Below, piece after piece: positions 8,336 to 18,396 of a stretch of DNA of 64,000 nt. The stretch covers positions 384,001-448,000 of the forward strand of contig JAVYWL010000001.1 of NCBI GenBank assembly GCA_038727135.1, given 5' to 3'. The notes under the pieces were generated by a model. That model was not told the origin of the DNA. It did no database searches and saw only the letters and a list, made by a program, of their open reading frames with translations. The stretch's first letter is position 1. Each line of letters starts with the position of its first letter. Made by a program: the position numbers and the translations under genes. Source of the stretch: Candidatus Bathyarchaeia archaeon (GTDB lineage Archaea; Thermoproteota; Bathyarchaeia; Bathyarchaeales; Bathycorpusculaceae).

Positions 8336-9361
8336 TCATAGGTATTTCCGCATATCCTCAACCGCAGCCGAGGGAACTGGCAAATCTTTCATGGTCAGCA
8401 AGCCAGCCGGAGCCTTTAGCACTTTTGGAATAGAGTTTACAATTATTGCCACTGTGCCCGCGTCCCCGTGGACGCACGGCTGAATTTTCTGCTTGATTGT
8501 TGGAACGCCCGTGATCGTTATGGCGTCGTACTCTTCTTTCGCCCCGATATAGGCTTGAAAGTCTAGAACTATAACCTCTTTGCCCTTCATTATTCCCTTC
8601 GCCGTCTGCCTCAAACCTGCAACTTTCCCAGCTTCAACCTTTATGAAGTCGCTTTTTACTGGTTCTTTGGCTATTACCGGTTCGACGGGTTCAGCCTTTA
8701 TTTCATCAAGTTCCCATGCCAGCGCATCTGCAATCATCGCAATAGACTGCTCAAGTCCCACATGTCCAGTTATTTCTCCTTTCGCAATTTTTTGTTTAAA
8801 TTCTTCTACTGTTAGGCCTGCGCCTATCTTTTTCTGGAAGGGTAAACGTCTTGTTGCAGCGTTCATAACTCTGACGGCTTCGATTTTCTCTATTTTTTGA
8901 CATGCCGCTGTCAGTGTTATCACAAGAGTGTCCATTAGGAAACCTGGGTTTATTCCTGTGCCTAAGACTGTCACGTCATGTTTTTTGGCCAACTTGTCCA
9001 GTTCCTTTGCTATTTTTGGCTCTGAATAGTAGGGGTACGAGAGTTCTTCGCATGTCGATATAACATTAACACCATGTTTGATTATAGAAGCTATTTGAGG
9101 GTAAGTATCTTTAAGATAAGATGATGTAGCGTGAATGACTATCTCTGGCTTCGTTTTTGAAAGTGTGGCGTCAACATCGCTGGAAACTGTTATGCCAAGT
9201 TCCCTGTTTAAGCCTAAAATTTCGCCTAAATCCTTGCCTACCTTATCCTTTGCAACATCGATTGCGCCAACTATTTTTACGCCTCTCTTTTCGAGAAGAG
9301 CCTTTGCTATTAAACTTCCAACAGCGCCAACCCCGTATAAAACAACTTTAACCTCTTCCAT
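8336..9361 (-). CDS. 2,4-diaminopentanoate dehydrogenase (Ord) / native amine dehydrogenase family, DapB-like N-terminus
   Basis: YGVGAVG Rossmann motif, NVISTCEEL.YP, LGTGINPGFLMD, GHVGL.QS, GD.GT.A..VN.IP.V. Confidence 0.85.
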   Translation of the reverse strand: MEEVKVVLYGVGAVGSLIAKALLEKRGVKIVGAIDVAKDKVGKDLGEILGLNRELGITVSSDVDATLSKTKPEIVIHATSSYLKDTYPQIASIIKHGVNVISTCEELSYPYYSEPKIAKELDKLAKKHDVTVLGTGINPGFLMDTLVITLTAACQKIEKIEAVRVMNAATRRLPFQKKIGAGLTVEEFKQKIAKGEITGHVGLEQSIAMIADALAWELDEIKAEPVEPVIAKEPVKSDFIKVEAGKVAGLRQTAKGIMKGKEVIVLDFQAYIGAKEEYDAITITGVPTIKQKIQPCVHGDAGTVAIIVNSIPKVLKAPAGLLTMKDLPVPSAAVEDMRKYL

Positions 9362-9493
9362 AGGACGCTCCTCACGTTTTTATGGTTTATTTGGTTGTGA
9401 TATCTATAAAAGAAGTTTGGCTTACGATTTAAAACCTTTACATTTGTAAAGTTTATATTTATGAGCTTTCCCCAATAATAGGGGGCGGCTTAA

Positions 9494-10936
9494 TTGAGCG
9501 CCGGAAAAACTGTGACTTATAAAGAAGTTCTCGCCGAATATCCAGATGCAGAGAAAATTAAGTTCTGCTTTGAATGCGGAGTATGCACGGCAAGCTGCCC
9601 CATGACAGAACTTCTAAAAGGGGAATACAATCCGAGGAATATCCTTGAAAAGATTTTTTTAAACATCGAAGAAGCTTTTGTTTCAGATGAGATTTGGCTC
9701 TGCGCTTGGTGTTATCGCTGCTATAGGCACTGTCCTCAAGCATTAAAACCGCCAGAAATATTCCTCTACACTCGAAAGTTCGCAGTTAAAGCTGGATATA
9801 GACAGGCATTCGAAAATGCCATCCATAAGATTGTCAAAGTATCTCCCCTTCCCTTGGTTACGATTTGTGCCTGTTTTCATCCGGAGCGCGCAGGCTTAGA
9901 CTTAAGCAAGGTCATAAAAGAAGCTGAAAAACTGAGGAAGGAATTTTTAGAAGAGAAAAAAGGGAAAATTAAGGCGGAACCAGCAAAAAAGAAAGTTGCG
10001 GTTATTGGTTCTGGACCTGCGGGGCTCACAGTTGCTCATGATTTAACCTTGAAAAACTATGAAGTTACGGTTTTTGAGGCTATGAAAGAGCCTGGTGGCA
10101 TGTTGAGGAAGTGTTTGCCGGCCTATCGTCTTCCAAGGGAACTTTTAGACATGGACATACAAGCGTTGAAGGACCTCGGCGTGGAAATAAAGACTGGTGT
10201 GGCGGTCGGTAAAGATGTTGATTTTAGCAGTTTATGGGATCTAGGCTATGATGCCATTTTCGTTGGCGTTGGTGCCAATAAAGGGCAGCACTTGAAAATT
10301 GAGGGCGCTGATTTAGAAGGGGTAGTGCATGCTCTAGACTTTCTCTGGATGTTTAACTCTGGAATAACGCCAAATGTTAGGGGTAAACGTGTTGCCATCA
10401 TTGGCGGTGGAAATGTTGCAGTTGACTCCGCAAGAACTGCCCTTAAACATGGAGCTAGGGAGGCGACTATTTTTTACCGAAGGTCTAAAGAGGAGATGCC
10501 CGCAAACCCGTGGGAAGTTAAAGAGGCAGAAAATGAGGGCGTAAAAATTGAGTTTTTAGTCTCTCCGAAGAGAATCTTGGGTGACGATAAAAGGGTTTCC
10601 GCTGTTGAGTTTGTTCGGATGAGGCTAGGCGAGTTAGACGAGACCGGAAGAAGAAAACCGATCCCCATTGAAGGTTCTGAATTTGTTAAAGAGGCGGACA
10701 TGGTGGTTTTGGCGATAGGCGAATTCCCAGACCTCTATTTTCTGCCTAAGGAAATTGAATTGAATGAAGACGGAACAATTTGGGTTAACCCGTTAACTAT
10801 GGAGACAACCCTTGAAGGTGTTTTTGCCGGAGGGGACTCTGTGACTGGTCCAGCCTCAATAATTGAGGCTATATGTGCCGGAAGGATTGCCGCCTTTTCA
10901 ATTGATTGTTATCTAAAGTCTTTGGGTCTAAGGTGA
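9494..10936 (+). CDS. HdrC-like 2[4Fe-4S] domain fused to GltD/NfnB(SudA)-type FAD/NAD(P)H oxidoreductase
   Basis: CFECGVCTASCP and WLCAWCYRCYRHCPQ, then VAVIGSGPAGL, IIGGGNVAVDSAR, YRRS..EMPA, GVFAGGD. Confidence 0.88.
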   Translation: MSAGKTVTYKEVLAEYPDAEKIKFCFECGVCTASCPMTELLKGEYNPRNILEKIFLNIEEAFVSDEIWLCAWCYRCYRHCPQALKPPEIFLYTRKFAVKAGYRQAFENAIHKIVKVSPLPLVTICACFHPERAGLDLSKVIKEAEKLRKEFLEEKKGKIKAEPAKKKVAVIGSGPAGLTVAHDLTLKNYEVTVFEAMKEPGGMLRKCLPAYRLPRELLDMDIQALKDLGVEIKTGVAVGKDVDFSSLWDLGYDAIFVGVGANKGQHLKIEGADLEGVVHALDFLWMFNSGITPNVRGKRVAIIGGGNVAVDSARTALKHGAREATIFYRRSKEEMPANPWEVKEAENEGVKIEFLVSPKRILGDDKRVSAVEFVRMRLGELDETGRRKPIPIEGSEFVKEADMVVLAIGEFPDLYFLPKEIELNEDGTIWVNPLTMETTLEGVFAGGDSVTGPASIIEAICAGRIAAFSIDCYLKSLGLR

Positions 10937-10943
10937 TTGGAAA

Positions 10944-13349
10944 ATGGCTGGAGAGGAAATACGTATAGGGGTTTATGTTTGCCACTGCGGTTTGAATATT
11001 GCGGGCTCTGTTGATTGTAAAGAGGTCGCAGAGTTCGCTTCCACGCTTCCAAACGTTGTTTTGGCGAGAGATTATCGATATACATGTTCAAACCAAGGAC
11101 AGGAACTCATAAAGAATAATATCAGGGAGTATAGGCTTAATCGTGTGGTTGTTGCTTCATGCTCTCCCCGCCTCCATGAACCTACATTCCGAAAAGTGTG
11201 CGAGGAGGCCGGGTTAAACAAGTACCTTTTTGAGATGGCTAACATACGGGAACAGTGCAGCTGGGTCCACCTCCATGATAGAAAGGCGGCGACTGAAAAG
11301 GCTAAAGATCTTGTGAAAATGGCTGTGGCTAAGGCGGCCCTATTAAAGCCAGCCAAGGAAATTGAAGTGCCGATTATAAGAAAGGCACTTGTAATTGGCG
11401 GCGGCGTTGCAGGAATTCAAGCAGCATTGGACCTCGCTAACACTGGTTATAAAGTTTATTTGGTGGAGAGGGAGCCGAGCATCGGCGGTATGATGGCGAG
11501 AATAGATAAAACTTTTCCAACAATGGACTGTTCAATATGCATTCTTGCCCCAAAAATGTCTGATGTGGGGCATCATCCAAACATTGAACTATTAACCAAC
11601 AGTGAAGTTATCGATGTAAAGGGGTATATCGGCAACTTCCGAGTAAAAGTTTTAAAAAAGCCGCGTTATGTGAAGGAAGACTGCTCAGCGTGTGGTGAGT
11701 GCTCAAAAGTTTGTCCCATGACAGCGCCGAACGAGTTTGATGCTGGATTAGCTCTAAGACGCGCCATTTACACGCCTTTTGCACAGGCAGTTCCGTCAAC
11801 CTACATAATTGACATGAGCCTATGCCTAAATAAAGACGGCGTAATGGTATGCGACAAATGCATTAAAGCCTGCGAAAGGCAAGCCATAGACTTCACAATG
11901 AAACCTGAAACCGTAGAACTAGAAGTAGGAACGATAATAGTGGCGACGGGAGCGGACGTTTTCGACCCATCCGCGCTTCCTCAGTATGGTTATGGCAAAT
12001 ATTTGAATGTGATTACATCGCTTGAATTTGAAAGGCTAATTAATGCTGGCGGTCCGTCTGGAGGGCGGCTTGTTAGGCCTGGCGACATGAAGGTTCCGAA
12101 GCGTGTGGCTTTTATACAGTGTGTTGGCTCTCGCTCCAATAGGACCGGACGAACCTACTGCAGCAATGTTTGCTGCATGAACACCATAAAAGACAGCCTC
12201 CTCATCAAAGAGCACTGGCCTGAAACTGAAATCTACGTCTTTTACGTTGACATTCGTGCATATGGAAAGGGGTTCGAAGACCTATACAAGAGGGCTAAAA
12301 AGGAAGGCGTAATATTCATCAGGGGGCTTCCAGCAGAAATAATTGAGGATAAGAAGACTCGAAACCTCTGGCTCATAGGTGAAAATACGCTCCTAAAAGA
12401 GTCTTACAAAATGAACTTTGACATGGTTATTCTATCCGTTGGCCTGGAGCCGCGGAAAGATAGCGAAGTAATACAGCGACTGTTGACCCTTTCAAGGACG
12501 CAAGACGGATTTTTCATGGAAGCCCATCCAAAACTCCGACCAGTGGACGCTGCAACCGGAGGCATATTCTTCGCCGGATGCGCTGAGGCTCCAAAGGACA
12601 TAAAGGACAGCGTAACACAAGCCAGCGCGGCTGCAGCCAGAGCTGGCATACTAATGGCTAATGGTAAAGTTACGGTTGAGGCCATTACGCCAATTTTAGA
12701 TGTGGAAAAGTGCAAGGCTTGCGGGCTTTGCACAAAGGTTTGCCCCTACAACGCGATAACTCTTAACAAAGAGCTTAAACGCATTGAAATTGTTGAGGCT
12801 GCTTGTGGAGGATGCGGAACATGTGCTGCAGAATGCCCATCCGACGCATTAACCCAGAACCACTTCACTGATGAGCAGATAATAGCTCAAATTGACGCCG
12901 TTACAGAATATGATGCCGACAAGAAAATTGTAGCTTTCTGCTGCAATTGGTGCGCTTATGCAGGTGCGGATTTCGCCGGAGTCAGTAGGATGCAGTATCC
13001 GCCAAACGTCCGAATAATTAGAACCATGTGCTCGGGAAGGGTTGCTCCAAAATTTGTTGAAAGAGCCTTCGCAAGAGGAGCTGCCGCAGTTCTGGTGGCT
13101 GGCTGCCACCCAGGAGACTGCCACTACATTAATGCTAACTATCATACTCAAATACGTGTGGAACGCTTATGGAAAAAGATGGAACAGAACGGTCTACGCA
13201 AGGAGAGGCTTCAGCTTTTATGGGTTTCAGCAGCTGAAGGAGAAAGATTTACCTCAAAAATTTATGAAATGCAAAAAATTGTGGAAAGTATAACTTCAGA
13301 GGAAATAGAACATGCCAAAAAAGTTTTTTCAAAAGCTGGAGGAGCTTAA
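10944..13349 (+). CDS. hdrA: heterodisulfide reductase subunit A fused to C-terminal MvhD domain
   Basis: IGVYVCHCG.NIA, SCSPRLHE, ANIREQCSWVH, IGGGVAG, KTFPTMDC, QCVGSR, YCS.VCC, two ferredoxin domains; MvhD FCCNWC, CSGRV, GCHPGDCHY. Confidence 0.95.
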   Translation: MAGEEIRIGVYVCHCGLNIAGSVDCKEVAEFASTLPNVVLARDYRYTCSNQGQELIKNNIREYRLNRVVVASCSPRLHEPTFRKVCEEAGLNKYLFEMANIREQCSWVHLHDRKAATEKAKDLVKMAVAKAALLKPAKEIEVPIIRKALVIGGGVAGIQAALDLANTGYKVYLVEREPSIGGMMARIDKTFPTMDCSICILAPKMSDVGHHPNIELLTNSEVIDVKGYIGNFRVKVLKKPRYVKEDCSACGECSKVCPMTAPNEFDAGLALRRAIYTPFAQAVPSTYIIDMSLCLNKDGVMVCDKCIKACERQAIDFTMKPETVELEVGTIIVATGADVFDPSALPQYGYGKYLNVITSLEFERLINAGGPSGGRLVRPGDMKVPKRVAFIQCVGSRSNRTGRTYCSNVCCMNTIKDSLLIKEHWPETEIYVFYVDIRAYGKGFEDLYKRAKKEGVIFIRGLPAEIIEDKKTRNLWLIGENTLLKESYKMNFDMVILSVGLEPRKDSEVIQRLLTLSRTQDGFFMEAHPKLRPVDAATGGIFFAGCAEAPKDIKDSVTQASAAAARAGILMANGKVTVEAITPILDVEKCKACGLCTKVCPYNAITLNKELKRIEIVEAACGGCGTCAAECPSDALTQNHFTDEQIIAQIDAVTEYDADKKIVAFCCNWCAYAGADFAGVSRMQYPPNVRIIRTMCSGRVAPKFVERAFARGAAAVLVAGCHPGDCHYINANYHTQIRVERLWKKMEQNGLRKERLQLLWVSAAEGERFTSKIYEMQKIVESITSEEIEHAKKVFSKAGGA

Positions 13350-13350
13350 G

Positions 13351-13629
13351 ATGCCTGAAAGGCTTTGGAGAACCCCACTAGACATCGAGAAGGTTTCAAG
13401 GCCGAAAGCTGAAATCTACGTATTAAAAGACCAGTGCAAGGGTTGCGGCTTCTGCATTCAATTCTGTCCCAGAAAGGTTCTAGAGGAATCTGACGAGATT
13501 AATGCCAGAGGGGTTCATCCTCCAAGAGTTGTTGATGAAAAAAGCTGCATACTATGTAGCTTCTGCACGGCAATATGCCCAGACTTCGCAATTTTTGTTA
13601 AAGAAAAACATTGTAAGGATGGATGTTAG
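13351..13629 (+). CDS. korD: 2-oxoacid:ferredoxin oxidoreductase delta subunit (2[4Fe-4S] ferredoxin)
   Basis: CKGCGFCIQFCP and CILCSFCTAICPDFAI; ATG 13351 follows GGAGGAG. Confidence 0.88.
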   Translation: MPERLWRTPLDIEKVSRPKAEIYVLKDQCKGCGFCIQFCPRKVLEESDEINARGVHPPRVVDEKSCILCSFCTAICPDFAIFVKEKHCKDGC

Positions 13630-14784
13630 ATGACTGATGAAAAAACGGTCTTGACTGGCGTCCATTTTATGAGCGGTGACATAGCATGCGCAGAAGGTGC
13701 CATTGCCGCGGGATGCCGATTTTTCGCCGGATATCCCATAACGCCTGCAACAGAAATAGCCGAGCATATTGCAGCTAGAATGCCAAAAGTGGGCGGAATT
13801 TACATCCAAATGGAAGACGAAATAGCCTCAATAGCTGCCGTGATAGGCGCATCCTATGCGGGTTTAAAGGCTATGACGGCGACTTCTGGGCCAGGCTTTA
13901 GCTTGATGCAGGAGAATATAGGCTTGGCTGCCATGACGGAAGCCCCATGCGTGATTGTTGACGTAATGAGGGGCGGTCCCAGCACTGGACAGCCAACCCT
14001 TCCGGGGCAGCAGGATGTCATGCAGGCCAAATGGGGTTCTCATGGCGATTATGAAATCATTGCTTTGGCGCCTTCTTCTGTTCAGGAAATGTTTGACTTG
14101 ACAATCGAGGCTTTCAACATGGCGGAAACCTATCGCGTTCCAACATTGGTGATGGCTGACGAAGTTGTCGCCCACATGTGGGAAAAAGTTGTGATCCCGC
14201 CAGCTGAGGAAATAAGGATAGTTAACCGCAAAAAGCCCAACACGTCACCGGATAAGTATATGCCCTTCATGCCAGACGACGACTTAGTTCCGCCAATGGC
14301 TTGTTTCGGCGAAGGCTTCCGCTTTCATGCAACAGGCCTAACCCACGACGAGTATGGCTATCCACGCACCCAAAGCTCAGAGGTTCAAATGAGGCTTGTG
14401 CAGAGGCTATGCGACAAGATAAGGAAGAACGCTGACAAAATTATCCGCGTTGAAGAACAATTGCTGGACGATGCCGAAATAGTGGTTTTTGCCTATGGAA
14501 TAGTTGCAAGGGCAGCCCTAAGCGCGGTAAGAAAAGCAAGGCAGCAGGGTATAAAAGCCGGCCTTCTCCGCCCAATCACCTTATGGCCCTTCCCGGAAAA
14601 GCAAGTTGCAAAGGCTGCTGAAAAAGCCAAAGCCATAATTGTTCCAGAAATGAACTGCGGGCAAATGGTAAAGGAGGTAGAAAGAGCCGCGAAAGGAACG
14701 CCTGTTTATCATATATCAAAGTTGGGTGAGGAGCCGCATACGCCGATGGAGATCCTCGAATTTATAAGGAGGTATTGCAAATGA
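13630..14784 (+). CDS. korA: 2-oxoacid:ferredoxin oxidoreductase alpha subunit
   Basis: FFAGYPITPATE, QMEDE, TATSGPGFSLMQE, RGGPSTGQPT, PEMNCGQ. Confidence 0.93.
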   Translation: MTDEKTVLTGVHFMSGDIACAEGAIAAGCRFFAGYPITPATEIAEHIAARMPKVGGIYIQMEDEIASIAAVIGASYAGLKAMTATSGPGFSLMQENIGLAAMTEAPCVIVDVMRGGPSTGQPTLPGQQDVMQAKWGSHGDYEIIALAPSSVQEMFDLTIEAFNMAETYRVPTLVMADEVVAHMWEKVVIPPAEEIRIVNRKKPNTSPDKYMPFMPDDDLVPPMACFGEGFRFHATGLTHDEYGYPRTQSSEVQMRLVQRLCDKIRKNADKIIRVEEQLLDDAEIVVFAYGIVARAALSAVRKARQQGIKAGLLRPITLWPFPEKQVAKAAEKAKAIIVPEMNCGQMVKEVERAAKGTPVYHISKLGEEPHTPMEILEFIRRYCK

Positions 14785-15620
14785 CGGAAGCCGTTGAGCA
14801 GCATCCCCTTTCAAAATATTTGAGAGCTGCCATGATGCCCCACATATGGTGCTCCGGATGCGGAAACGGCATAATACTCAATGCTTTTGTGCAAGCGCTT
14901 GATGAGCTGCAAGTAAATCTTGACAAGCTTGTCGTTGTTTCAGGGATAGGCTGTATTGGAAGGGCTGCCGGCTACACGAATGTTGATTCCTTTCACACGA
15001 CTCACGGGCGCCCCATCGCCTTCGCAACGGGTGTTAAACTCGCAAATCCAGAGCTGGAAGTTGTCGTTATAAGCGGCGACGGCGATCTCTTCGCCATAGG
15101 AGGAAACCACTTCATCCACGCAGCAAGAAGAAACATTGGAATTAAGGTAATATGCGCCAACAACTTTAACTATGGAATGACTGGCGGACAGGTTGGACCA
15201 ACAACACCGCTAGACGCCTTTACAACGACAACACCTTATGGGAACATAGAGCATCCCTTCAACTTGGTTCATTTGGCAGCGGCAGCCGGCGCCACTTATG
15301 TGGCGAGGTGGACAACCCTTCACGTGCGAATGCTTACAATGTCCATTAAGAAACTTCTACAAAGGAAGGGTTTTTCCTTCATAGAGGTTATATCGCCATG
15401 CCCGGAAATCTATGGACGTCATAACAAGATGCGAACGGGACTTGAAATGATGGAGTGGTTTAGGAAGGCGTCGGTTATAGCCAACTTCTCAGATCCGGCT
15501 AAGGCAGAAATAACCCCAGAAAGAATAGTTGTCGGCGAATTCGTGGACCTCCAAAAGCCAACCTATGAGGAGTTACTCCACAATAAAATGGCGCAAATAA
15601 TGAAAGAAGGCGAAAAATAG
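14781..15620 (+). CDS. korB: 2-oxoacid:ferredoxin oxidoreductase beta subunit
   Basis: WCSGCG, SGIGC, HGR, GDGD TPP motif, NN.NYGMTGGQ, SPC. Confidence 0.93.
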   Translation: MTEAVEQHPLSKYLRAAMMPHIWCSGCGNGIILNAFVQALDELQVNLDKLVVVSGIGCIGRAAGYTNVDSFHTTHGRPIAFATGVKLANPELEVVVISGDGDLFAIGGNHFIHAARRNIGIKVICANNFNYGMTGGQVGPTTPLDAFTTTTPYGNIEHPFNLVHLAAAAGATYVARWTTLHVRMLTMSIKKLLQRKGFSFIEVISPCPEIYGRHNKMRTGLEMMEWFRKASVIANFSDPAKAEITPERIVVGEFVDLQKPTYEELLHNKMAQIMKEGEK

Positions 15621-15627
15621 GTGAGGC

Positions 15628-16176
15628 GTGATGCGTATTGAAATAAGATTTGCGGGTTTCGGCGGACAAGGAATAATTAAGTCTGGAATCATGGTGGCTA
15701 CAGCCGCATGTATATATGGCGGAAAGCACGCTGTGCAAACGCAGTCTTATGGACCAGAGTCGAGGGGCGGCGCGTGCCGTTCCGAAGTTGTGATAGCGGA
15801 TGATGAAATTGACTTTCCAAAAGTCACCGAGCCAGACATCTTGGTAGTGATGTCCCAGCATGCCTACAACGAGTACGCGGAAACGGTGAGAAAGGGGGGA
15901 ACAATAATACTTGACCCGGACATGATTCCCAACGAGAGGGAAATTGAAGGTGTAAAAGTTTTCCGCGTTCCAGCCACAAGAATGGCTGAGGAGCTTGGAA
16001 GGAGGATTGTTGCAAATGTTGTCATGCTTGGGGCTTTTGCAGCAATAACTGGAATAGTGAACAGAGAAGCCCTAAAAGAGTCGATTAAGGCTAATGTTCC
16101 AAAAGAAACAGAGGAATTAAACCTAAAAGCCTTTGAGATAGGCTACGAATATGGCAAAAAGGTTGTTGAAGGCTAG
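15628..16176 (+). CDS. 2-oxoacid:ferredoxin oxidoreductase gamma subunit
   Basis: AGFGGQG, QSYGPESRGG, ANVVMLGA, N.KAF..G. Confidence 0.92.
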   Translation: MMRIEIRFAGFGGQGIIKSGIMVATAACIYGGKHAVQTQSYGPESRGGACRSEVVIADDEIDFPKVTEPDILVVMSQHAYNEYAETVRKGGTIILDPDMIPNEREIEGVKVFRVPATRMAEELGRRIVANVVMLGAFAAITGIVNREALKESIKANVPKETEELNLKAFEIGYEYGKKVVEG

Positions 16177-16790
16177 CTTTGCTGTTCAACCCTTTGCAGT
16201 GGCACTTGCACTTGAGCCACTTGCGTCAGAAGCTTAGACTTTCTAACGCCAACATGGCGTAATGGCACAATTTTTCTTGCCTCGTTGTAAATGTCTGATG
16301 CAATTTTTCCAAGAACCATTTCTTGAACAAACTGGTCCATTGTTAGGGCGGCGCTTTTCTCCTCAACTATCTTCGCCATAATCTTGCGTATAGCATGTTC
16401 CTGTGAAGTCTTTATCCTTGAAAGGGTGAAAGCGCAAACCGCCACTCTAAACCTATACCCGTCTTTTGTTGAAACATTGAAGATTCCATCAACCTTTGTT
16501 GTTCTCCGCCTAACAAGACTTCTAAGGTAGTCCCTTGAATATTCGTGGCCCTTAAACATGGTGCGGGCTGTTTTGCCCTCTACCTGCGTTATTTGGAAGT
16601 AAAGTTTCAAGTATTGGTGGGAAAAGTCGCCAGTGATATCATAAAGCGTCGCCTCCATAACTCTTCCAATGAGTTTTTCCGGCTCGTCTGCTGGTATTGC
16701 GCCTAGCTCAACGTTTCCGAAGTATGGTGGCGCAACCACCGTGTACCATACTTTGCTGCGCCACTTATCCCTCACTTTCTTCGATGACAA
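16173..16790 (-). CDS. rps3ae: 30S ribosomal protein S3ae (eS1)
   Basis: DKWRSK.WY.V.AP.YF, GR..E.TLYDITGD, DYLRSLVRR, EARKI.PLR.V.VRKSK. Confidence 0.96.
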   Translation of the reverse strand: MSSKKVRDKWRSKVWYTVVAPPYFGNVELGAIPADEPEKLIGRVMEATLYDITGDFSHQYLKLYFQITQVEGKTARTMFKGHEYSRDYLRSLVRRRTTKVDGIFNVSTKDGYRFRVAVCAFTLSRIKTSQEHAIRKIMAKIVEEKSAALTMDQFVQEMVLGKIASDIYNEARKIVPLRHVGVRKSKLLTQVAQVQVPLQRVEQQS

Positions 16791-16846
16791 GATAAACCTC
16801 CATCCCTAATAGTGGAGAAAAAGTCACATTAGGAAGGTATTAAGCT

Positions 16847-18136
16847 TTACCTTTTCGGTTCTATTTTTTCCAAGCCGCCCATATACTTTCTTAAAACCTC
16901 TGGGATGACGACAGAACCATCTGCTTGCTGGTAGTTTTCCAATATAGCCACAATAGTTCTTCCAGTAGCTAAAGCTGTGGAGTTAAGCGTGTGAACAAAA
17001 CCTTTTGGCGGCTCTCCCTCTTTTTCCCTATACCTAATGTTTAATCGCCTAGCCTGATAATCGGTGCAGTTACTGCATGAAATTATCTCACGGTAAGCGT
17101 TTTGAGCCGGCATCCAAACTTCAATGTCATACTTTTTTGCGGCAACGGTTCCAATATCGCCGGTGCAAACGTTCACAACACGATATGGCAAGCCAAGCTT
17201 TTGAACAAGTTCTTCCGCATTTCTAATAAGCTCTTCATGAAACTTCCAAGAGTCTTCTGGTTTGCAAAATATGAACTGTTCAACCTTGTTAAACTGGTGG
17301 GTGCGGAAAATCCCGCGAGTGTCCTTGCCGTGGGCACCCGCCTCTTTTCTAAAGTTGGGGCTTATGCCTACAAATTTGATGGGTAAGTCTTCAGCCTTTA
17401 GAACTTCATTCATAAACATTGCCGCCATTGGATGTTCCGAAGTAGCAATTAAGTATAGGTCTTCATTTTCGATTTTGTAGAGGCTGTCCTCAAAGTCGCT
17501 GAGGGCGGTGACTCCTTCGTAGGGTTTGCGCCTCATCATGAATGGAGGTTCTATGGGCGTGTAGCCCTTCTTAACCATCTCCTCCAATGCAAAATTTAAA
17601 AGAGCGATGTCGAGTAGAACGCCTTCCCTTTTAAGGTAGAAGAATCTTGCCCCAGCTATTTTTCCAGCTCTTTCAATGTCCATTATGTCGAGGCTTAAGC
17701 CAAGCTCAATGTGGTCTTTAACTGGAAAGTTAAACCGTGGTATTTTCCCCCATGTCCTCACAGTAACATTGTCATGCTCATCTTTGCCTATTGGAACAGA
17801 ATCATGTAAAAGGTTTGGAAGCCTCATGAGGTAGTAGCGCACTTTCTCCTCATATTCACCAACCAACTGCTCCAAATTCACTATTTCTTTGTCTATCTCC
17901 TTAGCTTTAGAAACCATCTGTGTGGCATCTACACCCTTCCTTTTAGCAGTCGCAATCTCCATTGTTATACGGTTTCTCTCTCGCCGTAGATCATTAAGCC
18001 TCGTCAAGTGCTGGCGCCAAAGCTTGTCGCATTCAATCAGTTCGTCAAGCATTCTTAAAAATTCAGGTTCGCCTCTCCTCTGCAAGTTTTCCCTTACGAG
18101 TTCTGGTTTTTCTCGAATCAGCTTTATGTCAAGCAT
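16847..18136 (-). CDS. serS: seryl-tRNA synthetase (canonical type)
   Basis: MLDIKLIRE, LPN, YLIATSEHP, FRKEAG, HQFNKVEQF, EIISCSNCTDYQARR, HTLNSTA. Confidence 0.97.
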   Translation of the reverse strand: MLDIKLIREKPELVRENLQRRGEPEFLRMLDELIECDKLWRQHLTRLNDLRRERNRITMEIATAKRKGVDATQMVSKAKEIDKEIVNLEQLVGEYEEKVRYYLMRLPNLLHDSVPIGKDEHDNVTVRTWGKIPRFNFPVKDHIELGLSLDIMDIERAGKIAGARFFYLKREGVLLDIALLNFALEEMVKKGYTPIEPPFMMRRKPYEGVTALSDFEDSLYKIENEDLYLIATSEHPMAAMFMNEVLKAEDLPIKFVGISPNFRKEAGAHGKDTRGIFRTHQFNKVEQFIFCKPEDSWKFHEELIRNAEELVQKLGLPYRVVNVCTGDIGTVAAKKYDIEVWMPAQNAYREIISCSNCTDYQARRLNIRYREKEGEPPKGFVHTLNSTALATGRTIVAILENYQQADGSVVIPEVLRKYMGGLEKIEPKR

Positions 18137-18147
18137 CTTAAAACCAA

Positions 18148-18396
18148 CTATTCAAGTTTCCGCGCAGTTTTTAGAGTTTTCTCCGCCAAGGATATGGCGA
18201 AAAGTAAATCATCAATCGTTGCAATAAAAGTTTGAAGTTTCCTTTTACAATTTATGCGTGTAGTGACTTTTTTGCCATCCCTTGTCGTTTTGACAAACAA
18301 GCCGGGCGGCACTTTGAAGTTGTCTGGTGAAACAGCTTTTGCCACTGCCTTGGCGCTCTCCACATCATCATAACTAATTATGATTTCAGCTTCCAA
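18148..18396 (-). CDS. pcc1: KEOPS complex subunit Pcc1
   Basis: small alpha/beta protein with A..V.PDN and F.ATIDDLL; conserved position between GAN and eS1. Confidence 0.8.
   Translation of the reverse strand: MEAEIIISYDDVESAKAVAKAVSPDNFKVPPGLFVKTTRDGKKVTTRINCKRKLQTFIATIDDLLFAISLAEKTLKTARKLE

Noticed and set aside
10944-13349. Possible selenocysteine recoding in HdrA/MvhD
   Set aside because: The frame is open with Cys at the relevant motifs; no in-frame TGA
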